A stretch of DNA of 6,614 bases from the NCBI GenBank assembly GCA_964426185.1, contig CAYRPF010000037.1:1-6614 (forward strand), written 5' to 3'. Every line of letters begins with the position of its first letter. Position 1 is the first letter of the stretch. The position numbers and the translations under genes are program-made. Of the stretch, positions 6,608 through 6,614 are shown piece by piece. Below the pieces are notes generated by a model, which did not search any database, was not told where the DNA came from, and saw only the letters and a list, made by a program, of their open reading frames with translations. Source of the DNA: an uncultured archaeon (GTDB lineage: Archaea > Asgardarchaeota > Lokiarchaeia > Sigyniarchaeales > Promethearchaeaceae).

Positions 6608-6614
6608 AAAATAG

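Overview
AT-rich window with three co-oriented minus-strand genes and one small divergent plus-strand gene. In transcription order on the minus strand: (1) a 908-aa protein with about 12 HEAT (PBS-lyase-like) repeats, an unassigned helical middle region and a C-terminal nitrilase/carbon-nitrogen hydrolase-like domain that keeps the catalytic Glu and Lys but has Gly at the nucleophilic Cys position; (2) a complete UvrC with a Cys-rich Fe-S motif and a very basic C-terminal tail; (3) a group I (NifS/IscS-type) PLP-dependent cysteine desulfurase whose active-site loop (SVGAACH) resembles animal selenocysteine lyase. Divergent from these is a ~64-aa CPxC...CxxC zinc-ribbon microprotein. BRE/TATA-like elements, oligo-T tracts after the stop codon and the zinc-finger type suggest an archaeon, possibly Asgard (inference only). 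The most unusual element is the HEAT-repeat/pseudo-nitrilase fusion. No RNA genes, CRISPR arrays or mobile elements were recognised.
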